Shown in pieces: positions 21,283 to 30,816 of a stretch of DNA of 64,000 bases (the first letter of the stretch is position 1; each line of letters begins with the position of its first letter). Made by a program: the position numbers and the translations under genes. Below the pieces are notes generated by a model. That model was not told the DNA's origin. It searched no databases and worked only from the letters and a program-made list of their open reading frames with translations. This stretch comes from Acidobacteriota bacterium (GTDB lineage Bacteria > Acidobacteriota > Thermoanaerobaculia > Multivoradales > JAGPDF01): positions 8,964 to 72,963 of the forward strand of contig JBDTNL010000009.1 of NCBI GenBank assembly GCA_039933785.1, in the 5' to 3' direction.

Positions 21283-22470
21283 ATGGTCCCCGAGCTACGA
21301 CGGGCGTACAACGCCGCCTTCACCGCCGAACGGTACTCAGCTCTCCTCGCCTGGTTGGAACGCGAGGGCGGTTGCCCGGTCGACTTTCGGGTCAGTGAGA
21401 CGCCGGTCTTTCTCGCCGACGAGGTTGCCGAGGATCTTCAGGTCGGCGCGCGTGAGATCCAGCGCCAACTTGCCACGCCCGAGTATGCGGCGTATTCCAA
21501 GGGCGCCATTCCCGCCGGGCGCTCGGTTCCGGGAGACGCGCGGCGACATCCGGTTTTTCTTCAGATTGACTTCGCCCTGGCGCTCGGACCGGATGGCAAG
21601 GTGGTGCCGAGGCTGATCGAGCTCCAAGGCTTCCCTTCGCTCTATGGTTTTCAGTGGCATCTCGCGCGCGGCTACGGCGAGCACTTCGAAATGCCAGCGG
21701 GCTGGCATCCGTATTTCTCGGGCTTTCGCGAGGACACGTACGCGGCTCGTCTGCGAGAAGCGGTGGTCGGGAATCTCGATCCGCAGCAAGTCGTGCTTCT
21801 CGAAGTGGATCCCCAGCATCAGAAGACGCGGATCGACTTCGCGGTCACCGAGAAGTTGACTGGAATCCCGACCGTCGACGCGCTCGAGGTGAAGCGGCGT
21901 GGCCGCAAGTTGTTCTACACCCGTGGCGGCCGCGAGATCGAGATCCGCCGCATCTACAACCGGGTCATCTTCGACGAGCTCGAGCGCAAGGGCATCGACC
22001 TCTCATCCATCTTCGGCTCCGACATCGAAGCGGAGTGGCTCGGCCATCCGAACTGGTTTTTTCGCATCAGCAAGTACTCGCTGCCGTACCTGCGTGGCGA
22101 GTTCGTCCCGGAGTGCCATTTCGTGAGCGATCTGGTCGAGATCCCCGACGACCTTGAGGACTTCGTGTTGAAGCCGATCTACTCCTTCGCCGGTCTCGGC
22201 GTCGAAGTGGATGTCACGCGCCAGAAGATCGCGGCGGTGCGTGAACCGCGCAATTGGATTCTGCAGCGCAAAGTTGCCTACGCGCCGCTGGTGGAGACTC
22301 CTGACGGCTTCTCCAAGGTGGAGGTCCGCATGATGTTCCTCTGGCAGGACGAGCCGGTCCTGGTCAACAGCCTGGCGCGCATGAGCAAGGGCAAGATGAT
22401 CGGCGTCGATTTCAACAAGGACAAGACCTGGATCGGGGCGAGCGTCGCGTTCCACTCGCCGGGCGTGTGA
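21283..22470 (+). CDS. Circularly permuted ATP-grasp-like (glutathionylspermidine synthase-like) amidoligase
   Basis: N-terminal IDF...LIELQ metal-binding strands, IYNRV, ISK.SLP.L, VLKP.YSFAG.GV, ILQRKV, EVR. Confidence 0.7.
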   Translation: MVPELRRAYNAAFTAERYSALLAWLEREGGCPVDFRVSETPVFLADEVAEDLQVGAREIQRQLATPEYAAYSKGAIPAGRSVPGDARRHPVFLQIDFALALGPDGKVVPRLIELQGFPSLYGFQWHLARGYGEHFEMPAGWHPYFSGFREDTYAARLREAVVGNLDPQQVVLLEVDPQHQKTRIDFAVTEKLTGIPTVDALEVKRRGRKLFYTRGGREIEIRRIYNRVIFDELERKGIDLSSIFGSDIEAEWLGHPNWFFRISKYSLPYLRGEFVPECHFVSDLVEIPDDLEDFVLKPIYSFAGLGVEVDVTRQKIAAVREPRNWILQRKVAYAPLVETPDGFSKVEVRMMFLWQDEPVLVNSLARMSKGKMIGVDFNKDKTWIGASVAFHSPGV

Positions 22471-24068
22471 ATCGACGGCTGATCGCGCTGATCCTGGTCC
22501 TGGCCACGGTCGCGGTCTTCCTCCCCAGTCTTGACAACGGCTTCGTCGGCTACGACGACGGCCTGTACGTCACCCAGAACGCGGAGGTGCAACGCGGTCT
22601 GACCGGTGATGGCATCGCCTGGGCGCTGACCGCGAAGGTGGCCGGCAACTGGCATCCGTTGACGCTGTGGTCCCACCTGCTCGACTGCACGCTCTTCGGG
22701 TTGAATCCCCGTGGCCATCACCTGACGAATCTCTTGTTGCATGCGGCGAATACCGTGCTGCTGTTTCTGCTCTTCTTTCGGCTTACGGCTACGCTATGGC
22801 GGTCGGCGGCGCTTGCGGCCCTGTGGGCGCTTCATCCGCTGCGTGTCGAGTCGGTAGCTTGGGTGGCGGAGCGCAAGGACGTGCTGGCGGGTCTCTTCTT
22901 TCTGTTGGCGTTGCTCGGGTACGAGCGCTGGTCTCGCGACCGCTCACGCACGGCGTACCTGCTCGTGATCGGCGCGATGGCGCTGGGGCTCATGGCGAAG
23001 CCGATGCTGGTCACGTTGCCGGGCGTTCTCCTGCTGCTCGACTTCTGGCCGCTTGGCCGCACGCGCTCGGGTGCAGGCTGGTGGATCGCTCTGAAGCCGC
23101 TGCTGATCGAAAAGCTGCCACTCTTTGCGCTCAGCGCAGCCAGCAGCTGGATCACCCTGCGCTACCAGGAGGCGGCTCTGGTGTCGGGGATGAATCTCTC
23201 GCTGTGGGGCCGGCTCGCCAACCTGGTGCTCGCTCCCGCGCAATACATCCGGGTGACTCTGTGGCCGAGCGGCCTCGCCGTGTTGTATCCATTGCCCGAC
23301 GACTTGCCGATCGGCAAGACGCTGTTGGCCGTGCTGGTTCTTGCGACGGTGAGCGTCTTGGCGTTTCACTGGCGGCGCACCGCGCCGTTCCTCGGGGTCG
23401 GCTGGTTGTGGTTTCTCGGCATGTTGGTGCCGGTGGTTGGAGTCGTCCAGGTGGGCGCTCAAGCGTGGGCTGATCGCTACACCTACCTGCCAGGGATCGG
23501 GTTGTTGGTGATGCTCGTTTGGAGTGCGACGGCGCTGGTCGAGAAACTCCCTCGGCGGCTTCGAGTTCCCTTGGCAGCCGGCCTGACGACCGTCCTGCTT
23601 GCTGGCTGCGCGGTCGCCACCCGGCGTCAGATTGCCTATTGGCACGACGACACCGCGCTTTGGCGCCGGGCCGTAGCGGTCACCGGGGAGAACTATGTTG
23701 CCGAGCTAAATCTCGCGCTCGAACTCGTTCACGATGGCGATCGAGCCTCGGCGCTCGAGCATTTTGAACGCGCGCAACGAATTGCTCCTGAATCGATGGA
23801 AGTGCAGGCCGGCTTCGGCGCCGCGCTCGGCGAGTGGGGACGTCCGGCGGAGGCGGTGCCCCATTTTCGCGCGGCGATCCGATTGCGCCCGGGCGATCCG
23901 CGACCCCGCGTCGATCTCGCGCGCGCGTTGATCGGTCTCGGCGACCGCCGGCAAGCGATCGAAGAGTTGCGCCGCGCCCTGGAGGTCGATCCGACGCTCC
24001 CCGGCGTGGCGGAGGCTCTTCGCCGACTGGAGGCGGAGGCCGCGAGCTCAGCCACGGAGCGGCCCTGA
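22467..24068 (+). CDS. TMTC-like membrane glycosyltransferase (GT-C) with C-terminal TPR repeats
   Basis: F..YDD, WHPLT..SH, H..N..LH, HPLRVESVAW..ERKD, ADRYTYLP, W.D...LW, then TPRs. Confidence 0.82.
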   Translation: MNRRLIALILVLATVAVFLPSLDNGFVGYDDGLYVTQNAEVQRGLTGDGIAWALTAKVAGNWHPLTLWSHLLDCTLFGLNPRGHHLTNLLLHAANTVLLFLLFFRLTATLWRSAALAALWALHPLRVESVAWVAERKDVLAGLFFLLALLGYERWSRDRSRTAYLLVIGAMALGLMAKPMLVTLPGVLLLLDFWPLGRTRSGAGWWIALKPLLIEKLPLFALSAASSWITLRYQEAALVSGMNLSLWGRLANLVLAPAQYIRVTLWPSGLAVLYPLPDDLPIGKTLLAVLVLATVSVLAFHWRRTAPFLGVGWLWFLGMLVPVVGVVQVGAQAWADRYTYLPGIGLLVMLVWSATALVEKLPRRLRVPLAAGLTTVLLAGCAVATRRQIAYWHDDTALWRRAVAVTGENYVAELNLALELVHDGDRASALEHFERAQRIAPESMEVQAGFGAALGEWGRPAEAVPHFRAAIRLRPGDPRPRVDLARALIGLGDRRQAIEELRRALEVDPTLPGVAEALRRLEAEAASSATERP

Positions 24069-24130
24069 GGCTCGCCGGAACTGGGGCGGGCGAGCGGGTC
24101 TAGAATGACTGACTGACGAGGTCGACGCAC

Positions 24131-25741
24131 ATGAGCCCTTCGGGAAAAATCGGACGCTACGAAATCACCGGCCAGCTCGGCCGCGGCGGCATGGGCGTCG
24201 TGCATTCGGCGCACGATCCGGCGCTCGACCGTGCCGTGGCGGTGAAGGTGCTGCACTTCGAGTCCGAGTCGGTGCTCAATTCTGGGCCCGACATGGAGGC
24301 GCGTTTCCTGCGCGAGGCGCGGCTCGCGGCGCGACTGCAGCATCCCTCGGTGGCGACGGTGTACGACGCCGGCCGCGAAGGCGACAGCCTGTATCTGGTG
24401 ATGGAGTTGGTCGACGGCGAGTCGCTGGCGCGCAAGCTCCAGCGCGGAGAGTTCCCCGAGCCCGAGCAGTCGATGCGCATCGTGGCGGCGGTCGCCGACG
24501 CGCTCGCCGCGGCGCACAAGGTGGGCATCGTCCACCGCGACGTGAAGCCGGCGAACATCCTCATGGCGAAAAACGGCGGCATCAAGGTCAGCGACTTCGG
24601 AATCGCCAAGGCGGTTGGGGAGTCGACCGAGCTGACCCGCACCGGCTCAGTGCTCGGGAGCCCGGCCTACATGGCGCCTGAGCAGGTCCAGGGTCAGGAG
24701 GTCGATGCCCGGGCGGATTTGTTCTCGCTCGGGGTCGTCCTCTATGAGTTGCTGCTGCACCGCAAGCCGTTCCCGGCGGATACCGTCACCACGCTGATCT
24801 ACCAGATCCTTCATCAGGACCCGTTCGCCGATTCCGCCACCTTCCGCGCGCTCGGCGAGGACGTGGGCGGTTTCCTGCGTTGGACCCTGGCCAAGAACCC
24901 GGCGGATCGGATTCCCGATGCGACGACGTTCGCGGCGAAGGCGCGCGCCTTGGCCGATCGCGTGCCCTCGGCGGCGGAGCTCACGGCACCGACGGTGATT
25001 CTGCCGACCAAGCTGGGTTCCGCAACTGCTACTGCGACGGCGCCCGTGGTGCCGCGCCGGTCACGAATTGGGTTTTGGGTCGCGGTCGCGGCTGCGTTGA
25101 CGGCCGCGCTCACCGCTGCCTACTGGTGGGGTACCCGGCCTCCGGCGATTCCTCCGAGTGTCGAGGTCACGCGGGTCGCGACGACGCCGGCACCGGCCGG
25201 GCCGGTGCCGCCCAAGGTTGCTGCCGTTCCCACTCCCGCTCCGGAGCCCGGTTCGACACCCCATGTCGCGGAGCCCGCGCCTGCCCCGCTGGCCAGCGTG
25301 CCGTCGGCAAATCGACCGCAGAAGGTCTCTCGCCCCGTAGCGGTAGCTCCTCTCGAACCCAGGAAAGAGGGCGCGAGCGGCGGTCCGGAGCATGTGCCCG
25401 CTCCCAAGCCGGAGCCGCCTGCCTTGGCGCCGGCCGAGGTCAAGCCGCCGCCAGCGTACGCGCCTCCGGTGGCGGTGTCGAAGACGTTTACCTGCCGCAA
25501 GGCGGCCGAGTTCAACGTCTCCCCGGAGGAGTCACATGTTTTGATCGAAGGCAAGGACATCGGTATCGCGGACGACTGGGATGGTTCCGGCGGAGGCAAG
25601 GACTACCCGTTGGCGGTGGGATCCTACGTGTCCTGCTTCATCCTCCAGGACTACAAGACCGCCTGTGTGCGGCTCACGATGGACCCCAAGGCCGGGGACG
25701 ACGTGTGCGATGTCGACACCGAGCTCGAAAAGAGCAAGTAG
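24131..25741 (+). CDS. Hanks-type Ser/Thr protein kinase, single TM helix, Pro-rich linker, PEGA-like extracytoplasmic domain
   Basis: LGRGGMG, VAVK, HRDVKPAN, DFG, YMAPE, DLFSLG; TM FWVAVAAALTAALTAAYWW. Confidence 0.92.
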   Translation: MSPSGKIGRYEITGQLGRGGMGVVHSAHDPALDRAVAVKVLHFESESVLNSGPDMEARFLREARLAARLQHPSVATVYDAGREGDSLYLVMELVDGESLARKLQRGEFPEPEQSMRIVAAVADALAAAHKVGIVHRDVKPANILMAKNGGIKVSDFGIAKAVGESTELTRTGSVLGSPAYMAPEQVQGQEVDARADLFSLGVVLYELLLHRKPFPADTVTTLIYQILHQDPFADSATFRALGEDVGGFLRWTLAKNPADRIPDATTFAAKARALADRVPSAAELTAPTVILPTKLGSATATATAPVVPRRSRIGFWVAVAAALTAALTAAYWWGTRPPAIPPSVEVTRVATTPAPAGPVPPKVAAVPTPAPEPGSTPHVAEPAPAPLASVPSANRPQKVSRPVAVAPLEPRKEGASGGPEHVPAPKPEPPALAPAEVKPPPAYAPPVAVSKTFTCRKAAEFNVSPEESHVLIEGKDIGIADDWDGSGGGKDYPLAVGSYVSCFILQDYKTACVRLTMDPKAGDDVCDVDTELEKSK

Positions 25742-25860
25742 AGCAACGGTGCGATAGAACTTGGGGAACTCCTTGGGGACAGGCCGGGTCGAACGGATTG
25801 GCGCCGGCGATCGGGCAGGCGCGTCGGGCGAGTCTGTAGTATCCTTCTAAGCCCCTGAAG

Positions 25861-26904
25861 ATGCTGGACAAATTGGAGAATCCCACCCGTCTGAAGCAGC
25901 GTCTCCTGCGCGAGGCGGTGCAGGAGAATGTGGACGTGGTGCAGGGCAAGTGGCCGCGGCGCACGGAGCGCAAGCGGCCCTGGGCGCTCGGCGCCGGCGC
26001 TCTCGTATTGGCCCCAGCTCTCTTACTGCTCGGCTCCAGCCGAACCTCTTCAGTGACTGGCGGGGGCGCCGCGCGGACAGCAGCCGATTCTCCGAAGGTT
26101 TTGGCGACCGCTCCCGCTGCGACCGAAGCGCGGCCGTCGCTGCCGCAGGCCATCGATCCGGCGGTGTTTCCGCTCGCGGTGAAGCGGGTCGTGGTCGACG
26201 CGGGACACGGCGGTGAGAATCGCGGCACGATCTCGCCCCGCGGGTTGATCGAGAAGGACCTGACGCTCGATGTCGGCATGCGTCTGGCCCTCCTCCTGCA
26301 TGGCGCAGGCTTCGAAGTCATCCTCACCCGGCAGCAGGACGAGAGCGTCTCGCTGGCGCGGCGCACCGAGATCGCCAACGCCGCGAAGGCCGATGCTTTC
26401 GTGTCGATTCACGTCAATTGGTTCACCACCCGGGAGAGCCGCGCGGTCGAGACGTACTACCTCGGACCGACGGCCGACCCCGAGCTCAATCGCCTGGCCG
26501 CCGCCGAGAATGGCGAGTCGGGTTACGCGCTCGCCGACTTCAAGCGGCTCCTGGAGGGCGTATACGCGGGCGTGCGCGAGGAACAGTCGCGTCAACTCGC
26601 CGACGCGATCGACGGCGCCTTGTTCCGTTCGCTACGAGCCGTGAACCCGACACTGAAGGATCGCGGTGTCAAGACCGCGCCCTTCGTGGTCCTCGTGGGC
26701 ACGCAGATGCCCGCCATCCTGGCCGAGGTCTCGTGTCTCTCGAACGCCGAGGAGGCCGATCTCTTGTCCGACGACAGCTACCGTCAGCGCATCGCGGTGG
26801 CGCTCTTCGCCGGCGTCAAGGCCTTCGCCGAGCGCACGGGCAGCGAGAGCGTCGCTCCAACGGTTCGCGTGGCGCAGAAAATCGGTCCTCAGAAAGGAAC
26901 CTGA
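25861..26904 (+). CDS. N-acetylmuramoyl-L-alanine amidase (Amidase_3), membrane-anchored
   Basis: VVDAGHGG, EK..TL, LTR, R..IAN, FVSIHVN, A..EN inhibitory helix, APFVVL....P.IL.E; basic ~40-aa N-terminus followed by a hydrophobic helix. Confidence 0.92.
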   Translation: MLDKLENPTRLKQRLLREAVQENVDVVQGKWPRRTERKRPWALGAGALVLAPALLLLGSSRTSSVTGGGAARTAADSPKVLATAPAATEARPSLPQAIDPAVFPLAVKRVVVDAGHGGENRGTISPRGLIEKDLTLDVGMRLALLLHGAGFEVILTRQQDESVSLARRTEIANAAKADAFVSIHVNWFTTRESRAVETYYLGPTADPELNRLAAAENGESGYALADFKRLLEGVYAGVREEQSRQLADAIDGALFRSLRAVNPTLKDRGVKTAPFVVLVGTQMPAILAEVSCLSNAEEADLLSDDSYRQRIAVALFAGVKAFAERTGSESVAPTVRVAQKIGPQKGT

Positions 26905-26908
26905 TTCG

Positions 26909-27937
26909 ATGACCTCGGATGCAGTGCTCTACGCCGGAATCGACCTCGGTACTTCTCGCAGCTCGATCTCGGCCTCGAATGGGCAGCGCCACGTCGTCGA
27001 CAGCTTCGTCGGCTGGCCGGTCGACATGGTGGCGCGCAAGGTACTGAAGAAGTCCGTGGTCATCGGGCGCGAGGCGCTCGAGAATCGTCTGATGCTGGAT
27101 CTGCATCGTCCGCTCGAGCGCGGCCTGATCAAGGAAGGCTCGGAGAAGGACGAGGCTGCGGTGCGCGAGCTGCTCATCCATCTCCTCGGCTTGGTGGGCG
27201 TCGACGCAGGCAACTCCGGTGGCCACAAGGTGAGAGCCGTGGTCGGGGTCCCGGCCGAAGCCTTGCGCGTGAACAAGCAGGCGCTCCGAAACGCGATGCG
27301 CGGACTGACCGGAAGTCTGATGATCGTCTCGGAGCCCTTCTCGGTGGCCTACGGGATGGAGGCGCTGGTGCACACCATGATCATCGACATCGGTGCGGGC
27401 ACCACGGACTTCTGCGTCATGAATGGCCGCTACCCGACCGAGGAAGATCAGCGCACGCTCACCAATGCAGGCGATCAAGTCGACGAGCAGCTATATAAGA
27501 TGATTCGCGATCGCCACCCCACGGCGCGCTTCTCGATCCACATGGTACGCGAGTGGAAAGAGCGGTGGAGCTTCGTTGGTGAGCCGCGTGAACGCGTGCT
27601 GGTAACCGCGCCCGTCGACGGCAAGCCGACGCAGATCGACATCACCGACGAGGTGCGCGCGGCCTGCGAATCGCTGCTGCCGCCGATCACCGAGACCATG
27701 GTCGACTTGTTGTCGCGGGTCGAGCCCGAGTTTCAAGCCAAGGTGCGGGACAACGTCATCCTCTCGGGAGGTGGCGGGCTTATCCGAGGCCTCGACGAGC
27801 GCCTCGCGAAGGCTCTGCAGGACCTTGGCGGCGGTCGAGTTCGAGTGGTCAAGGATCCAATCTACGTGGGCTCCGACGGCGGGTTGGCGATTGCCGGCGA
27901 CGCTCCCGAGTCGGATTGGGAGAAGTTGTCGTCATGA
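26909..27937 (+). CDS. mamK: MamK-like bacterial actin (342 aa)
   Basis: GIDLGTS, AVVGVPA, VSEPFSVAYG, IIDIGAGTTDFC.M.G..P.EEDQ.TL..AG..VDE.L, KE..SFVG, ACE.L.P.I.E, NVILSGGG..IRGL, VKDP...G..GGL..A...P...W. These match the MamK sequence as I recall it much better than MreB. AAGGA RBS before ATG 26909. Confidence 0.82.
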   Translation: MTSDAVLYAGIDLGTSRSSISASNGQRHVVDSFVGWPVDMVARKVLKKSVVIGREALENRLMLDLHRPLERGLIKEGSEKDEAAVRELLIHLLGLVGVDAGNSGGHKVRAVVGVPAEALRVNKQALRNAMRGLTGSLMIVSEPFSVAYGMEALVHTMIIDIGAGTTDFCVMNGRYPTEEDQRTLTNAGDQVDEQLYKMIRDRHPTARFSIHMVREWKERWSFVGEPRERVLVTAPVDGKPTQIDITDEVRAACESLLPPITETMVDLLSRVEPEFQAKVRDNVILSGGGGLIRGLDERLAKALQDLGGGRVRVVKDPIYVGSDGGLAIAGDAPESDWEKLSS

Positions 27938-27951
27938 GGGACATACCGCGC

Positions 27952-27980
27952 TTGACTTGCCGTCGAGCGGCGGATAACGT
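27952..27980 (+). promoter_or_regulatory. Putative sigma-70 promoter of the TPR-tonB-exbBDD operon
   Basis: TTGACT-N17-TAACGT in the intergenic region. Confidence 0.5.
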
Positions 27981-28043
27981 GCGCTCGTCTGTGACGATTC
28001 CGACGCGAGTCTGACAATCTGACCTGTCTTTTAAGGATCAGCT

Positions 28044-28868
28044 ATGCGCCGTGCTTTCTCGAGTGTTTGCCTCCTTGCAGTAGCTCTCGTGCCGCTCGTC
28101 GGGTGCCAGAAGATGCAGGCCCGCGTCGAGTTAAAAAAAGGCAACGAGCTCTACAAGGAAGAGGCCTATCGCGAGGCGATGTCCCAGTTCCAAAAGGGCA
28201 TCGAGCTCGATCCTGCGGCGACCTTTGCGTGGCGGTCGGTCGGACTTTCTGCGATGGCGGTTTACCGCCCCGGAGCGAAGTCGGCGGACAACGACAAGTA
28301 TGCCGAAACCGCCATCGACGCTTTCAAGAAGTACCTCGAGGCCTACCCGAGCGATGGCAAGGTCCAGGACTACCTGATGACCATGCTCATCAACAGCGAG
28401 CGTTACGACGACGCCCTGACTATGATGAAGGCCGAGTTGGTGAAGAATCCCAACAAGCCGGGACTCAACCAGGGCATCGTCAATACCCTGGCTAAGGCCG
28501 GACGCCTCAACGAGGCGTACGACTGGGCCCTTCGTCAAGGTGGCACGCCGGATCCGGCGGTCTTCTACAGTATCGGTGTTGCCTGTTGGGACAAGGCGTA
28601 CTACGACCCGATGCTCGACGCGACCGCGCGCGGCAAGATCGTCGACACCGGCCTGGCGGCGACCAAACGCTCGCTCGACATGAAGCCCGACTACTTCGAG
28701 GCGATGGCTTACTACAACCTACTCTTCCGCGAGAAGGCTAAGCTCGAGGTCGATCCGGCCGCGGCGAACGAGTACATCGCGAAGGCCGTCGAGTGGACGA
28801 ACAAGGCGATCGCGTTGCGCGAGCTGCAGAAGAACAAAGACGCAGCGGCTGCTAAGAAGGTCAGCTAG
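28044..28868 (+). CDS. TPR-repeat lipoprotein
   Basis: LVGC lipobox; TPR-like helices (GNELYK..AY..A..QF.K.IELDP; P.YFEAMAYYNL). Confidence 0.8.
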   Translation: MRRAFSSVCLLAVALVPLVGCQKMQARVELKKGNELYKEEAYREAMSQFQKGIELDPAATFAWRSVGLSAMAVYRPGAKSADNDKYAETAIDAFKKYLEAYPSDGKVQDYLMTMLINSERYDDALTMMKAELVKNPNKPGLNQGIVNTLAKAGRLNEAYDWALRQGGTPDPAVFYSIGVACWDKAYYDPMLDATARGKIVDTGLAATKRSLDMKPDYFEAMAYYNLLFREKAKLEVDPAAANEYIAKAVEWTNKAIALRELQKNKDAAAAKKVS

Positions 28869-28897
28869 CTGCTCGCCTGATCGCCGAGGATTCTGAA

Positions 28898-29620
28898 ATG
28901 TTCGAAAGTGCGCTGATCGAATCGGGCCAGAAGATCGACAAGAAGAAGCTGAAGTGGATTCCGCTGGCGCTGATTATCCACGGTGTCGTCTTGGTCACCG
29001 TGGTGGTGGGCCAGTACTGGAGCGTGGATCCGGTGCCCGAGCCGCCTATCCAGGTGAGCTTCTTCTCGGCGGCGACGCCACCGCCACCGCCTCCGCCTCC
29101 TCCGCCTCCTCCGCCGCCGGCTCCAAAGCCCGTAGTGCAAGAGACTCATCCGATCGAAGTTCCGACCGAACCCGTACAGCCGGTCGTGGTGCCTGAGAAG
29201 GTGCCCGAAGCGCCGGCCACTCCGACGCAGGATGCCGGAGTCGAGGGTGGAGTCGAAGGTGGCGTCCCCGGTGGCGTGCCCGGCGGTGTGGCGGGCGGCG
29301 TTCCAGGCGGCGTCGAAGGCGGCACCGAAGAAATCCTGCGCGTCGGCGGAGCCATCAACAAGCCGGAAATCCTTACCCGCGTTCAGCCGGTGTACACCGA
29401 GGCTGCGCGTCGCGCCCGCATCCAGGGCGTGGTTATCGTGGAAACCATCATCGACAAAACGGGCAGCGTCACCAACGTCAGGGTCCTCAAGGCGCTGCCC
29501 ATGGGTCTGGATAACGCGGCGGTAGAGGCCGTGAAGAAGTGGAAGTTCAAGCCCGCCGATCTCAATGGGCGGCCGGTGAACGTTTACTTCGTGCTTACGG
29601 TCAACTTCACGCTGCAGTAA
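28898..29620 (+). CDS. tonB: Energy transducer TonB
   Basis: TM helix with conserved His, 14-Pro tract, GGVxGG repeats, C-terminal PVYTEAARRARIQGVV...AVKKWKFKP domain. Confidence 0.9.
   Translation: MFESALIESGQKIDKKKLKWIPLALIIHGVVLVTVVVGQYWSVDPVPEPPIQVSFFSAATPPPPPPPPPPPPPPAPKPVVQETHPIEVPTEPVQPVVVPEKVPEAPATPTQDAGVEGGVEGGVPGGVPGGVAGGVPGGVEGGTEEILRVGGAINKPEILTRVQPVYTEAARRARIQGVVIVETIIDKTGSVTNVRVLKALPMGLDNAAVEAVKKWKFKPADLNGRPVNVYFVLTVNFTLQ
29078..29323 (+). repeat. Low-complexity coding repeats in TonB (poly-Pro 29078-29119; GGVx repeats 29237-29323)
   Basis: 14 consecutive CCN codons and tandem Gly-Gly-Val-X units. Confidence 0.85.
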
Positions 29621-29647
29621 ACAAAAATTCCTAGGAGGAGCAGAGTC

Positions 29648-30346
29648 ATGGGATTGGATCTCTCAGAAATTCTAAGGAACATGTCGGGCGTTGGACTGTC
29701 CGTCATGGTGGTCCTTCTTCTGTGCTCGATCTGGTCGGTCTACGTATGCATCGAGCGCCTCATGTACTTCCGCAAGGCCAAGCAGCAGTCGCTGGTCTTC
29801 GCCAAGCAGGTGACGCAGTACCTGGCGCAGGATCGCGTCAGCGATGCGATCGAAGCCTCGCGCAAGTACAAGAACAGCCACCTTGCCCGCGTTACCCGCG
29901 CCGGACTAATCGAGTTCCAACTCGTCGACAGCAAGCCGGGCGCGCTCTCGGGCGCCGATGTGGTCGAAGCCGCGCGCCGGGCGATCGAGCGCGAGACGCT
30001 GATCACCTACTCGGATTTCAAGAAGGGCACCGGCAGCCTGGCGACCATCGCCACGACGGCGCCCTTTATCGGCCTGCTCGGCACTGTGATCGGAATCATC
30101 GCCGCGTTCCACGGCATGGCGACGAGCGGTTCGGGCGGCATCGGGGCGGTCTCGCAAGGTATTTCTGAAGCCCTGGTGGCCACGGCGCTCGGCCTGATGG
30201 TGGCCATTCCAGCGGCTTGGATGTACAACTACTTCACGAATGTGCTCGAGCGCTTCCAGGTCGAGATGTCCAACTCATCGTCGGAGTTGATCGACTTCTT
30301 CATCAAGAAGCACGGAGGCAGCGATGCAGTTGGGGTCCGGCAGTAA
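29648..30346 (+). CDS. exbB: MotA/TolQ/ExbB proton channel protein
   Basis: LATIATTAPFIGLLGTVIGII.AF...GISEALVATALGL.VAIPA...YN. Confidence 0.93.
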   Translation: MGLDLSEILRNMSGVGLSVMVVLLLCSIWSVYVCIERLMYFRKAKQQSLVFAKQVTQYLAQDRVSDAIEASRKYKNSHLARVTRAGLIEFQLVDSKPGALSGADVVEAARRAIERETLITYSDFKKGTGSLATIATTAPFIGLLGTVIGIIAAFHGMATSGSGGIGAVSQGISEALVATALGLMVAIPAAWMYNYFTNVLERFQVEMSNSSSELIDFFIKKHGGSDAVGVRQ

Positions 30347-30785
30347 GGGCAACTACGGCTCCGGCTTCCAGATGGGCTCGTTCGAAGTCAAGAGCGAGAT
30401 CAACGTCACGCCGCTCGTCGATGTCTGCTTGGTGTTGCTGATCATCTTCATGGTGGTCACGCCGCTGCTCCAATCAGGTGTCGATGTTCAGCTGCCCTCG
30501 ACGTTGAAGCCGGAGAAGATCGCGGAAAGCTCGAAGCAGGTGAACGTCGCGATCAAGTCGAACGGCGACATCTTCCTCGGCCAGAACTGGGTTCCGGCGG
30601 AGAAGTTCGGCGCCCAGATGAAGGACTTGTTCACGCAGTCGCCCGAGAAGGACATCGTGATCAAGGCGGACCGCCGGCTAAAGTACAAGGACGTGCGCAA
30701 GGTAATGGAAATGGTCAACGACGCCGGCTACAGCGGCGTCGGCTTGATCACGACCCGCAAGGACACGTCGGCCGGCTCACACTGA
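30324..30785 (+). CDS. exbD: ExbD/TolR family protein (copy 1)
   Basis: EINVTPLVDVCLVLLIIFMV with the essential Asp; IKAD..L.Y. Confidence 0.92.
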   Translation: MQLGSGSKGNYGSGFQMGSFEVKSEINVTPLVDVCLVLLIIFMVVTPLLQSGVDVQLPSTLKPEKIAESSKQVNVAIKSNGDIFLGQNWVPAEKFGAQMKDLFTQSPEKDIVIKADRRLKYKDVRKVMEMVNDAGYSGVGLITTRKDTSAGSH

Positions 30786-30816
30786 CCGACGGCGATTCGG
30801 GAAGAGGAGAAGCGTC

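Noticed and set aside
26909-27937. Canonical mreB or plasmid parM
   Set aside because: It lacks MreB signatures (DLGTAN, EEPMAAAIG, DIGGGT) and has no mreC/mreD; no parR or centromere repeats are adjacent.
29078-29323. CRISPR-like or non-coding tandem repeats
   Set aside because: They are in-frame poly-Pro and GGVx codon repeats within the TonB linker.
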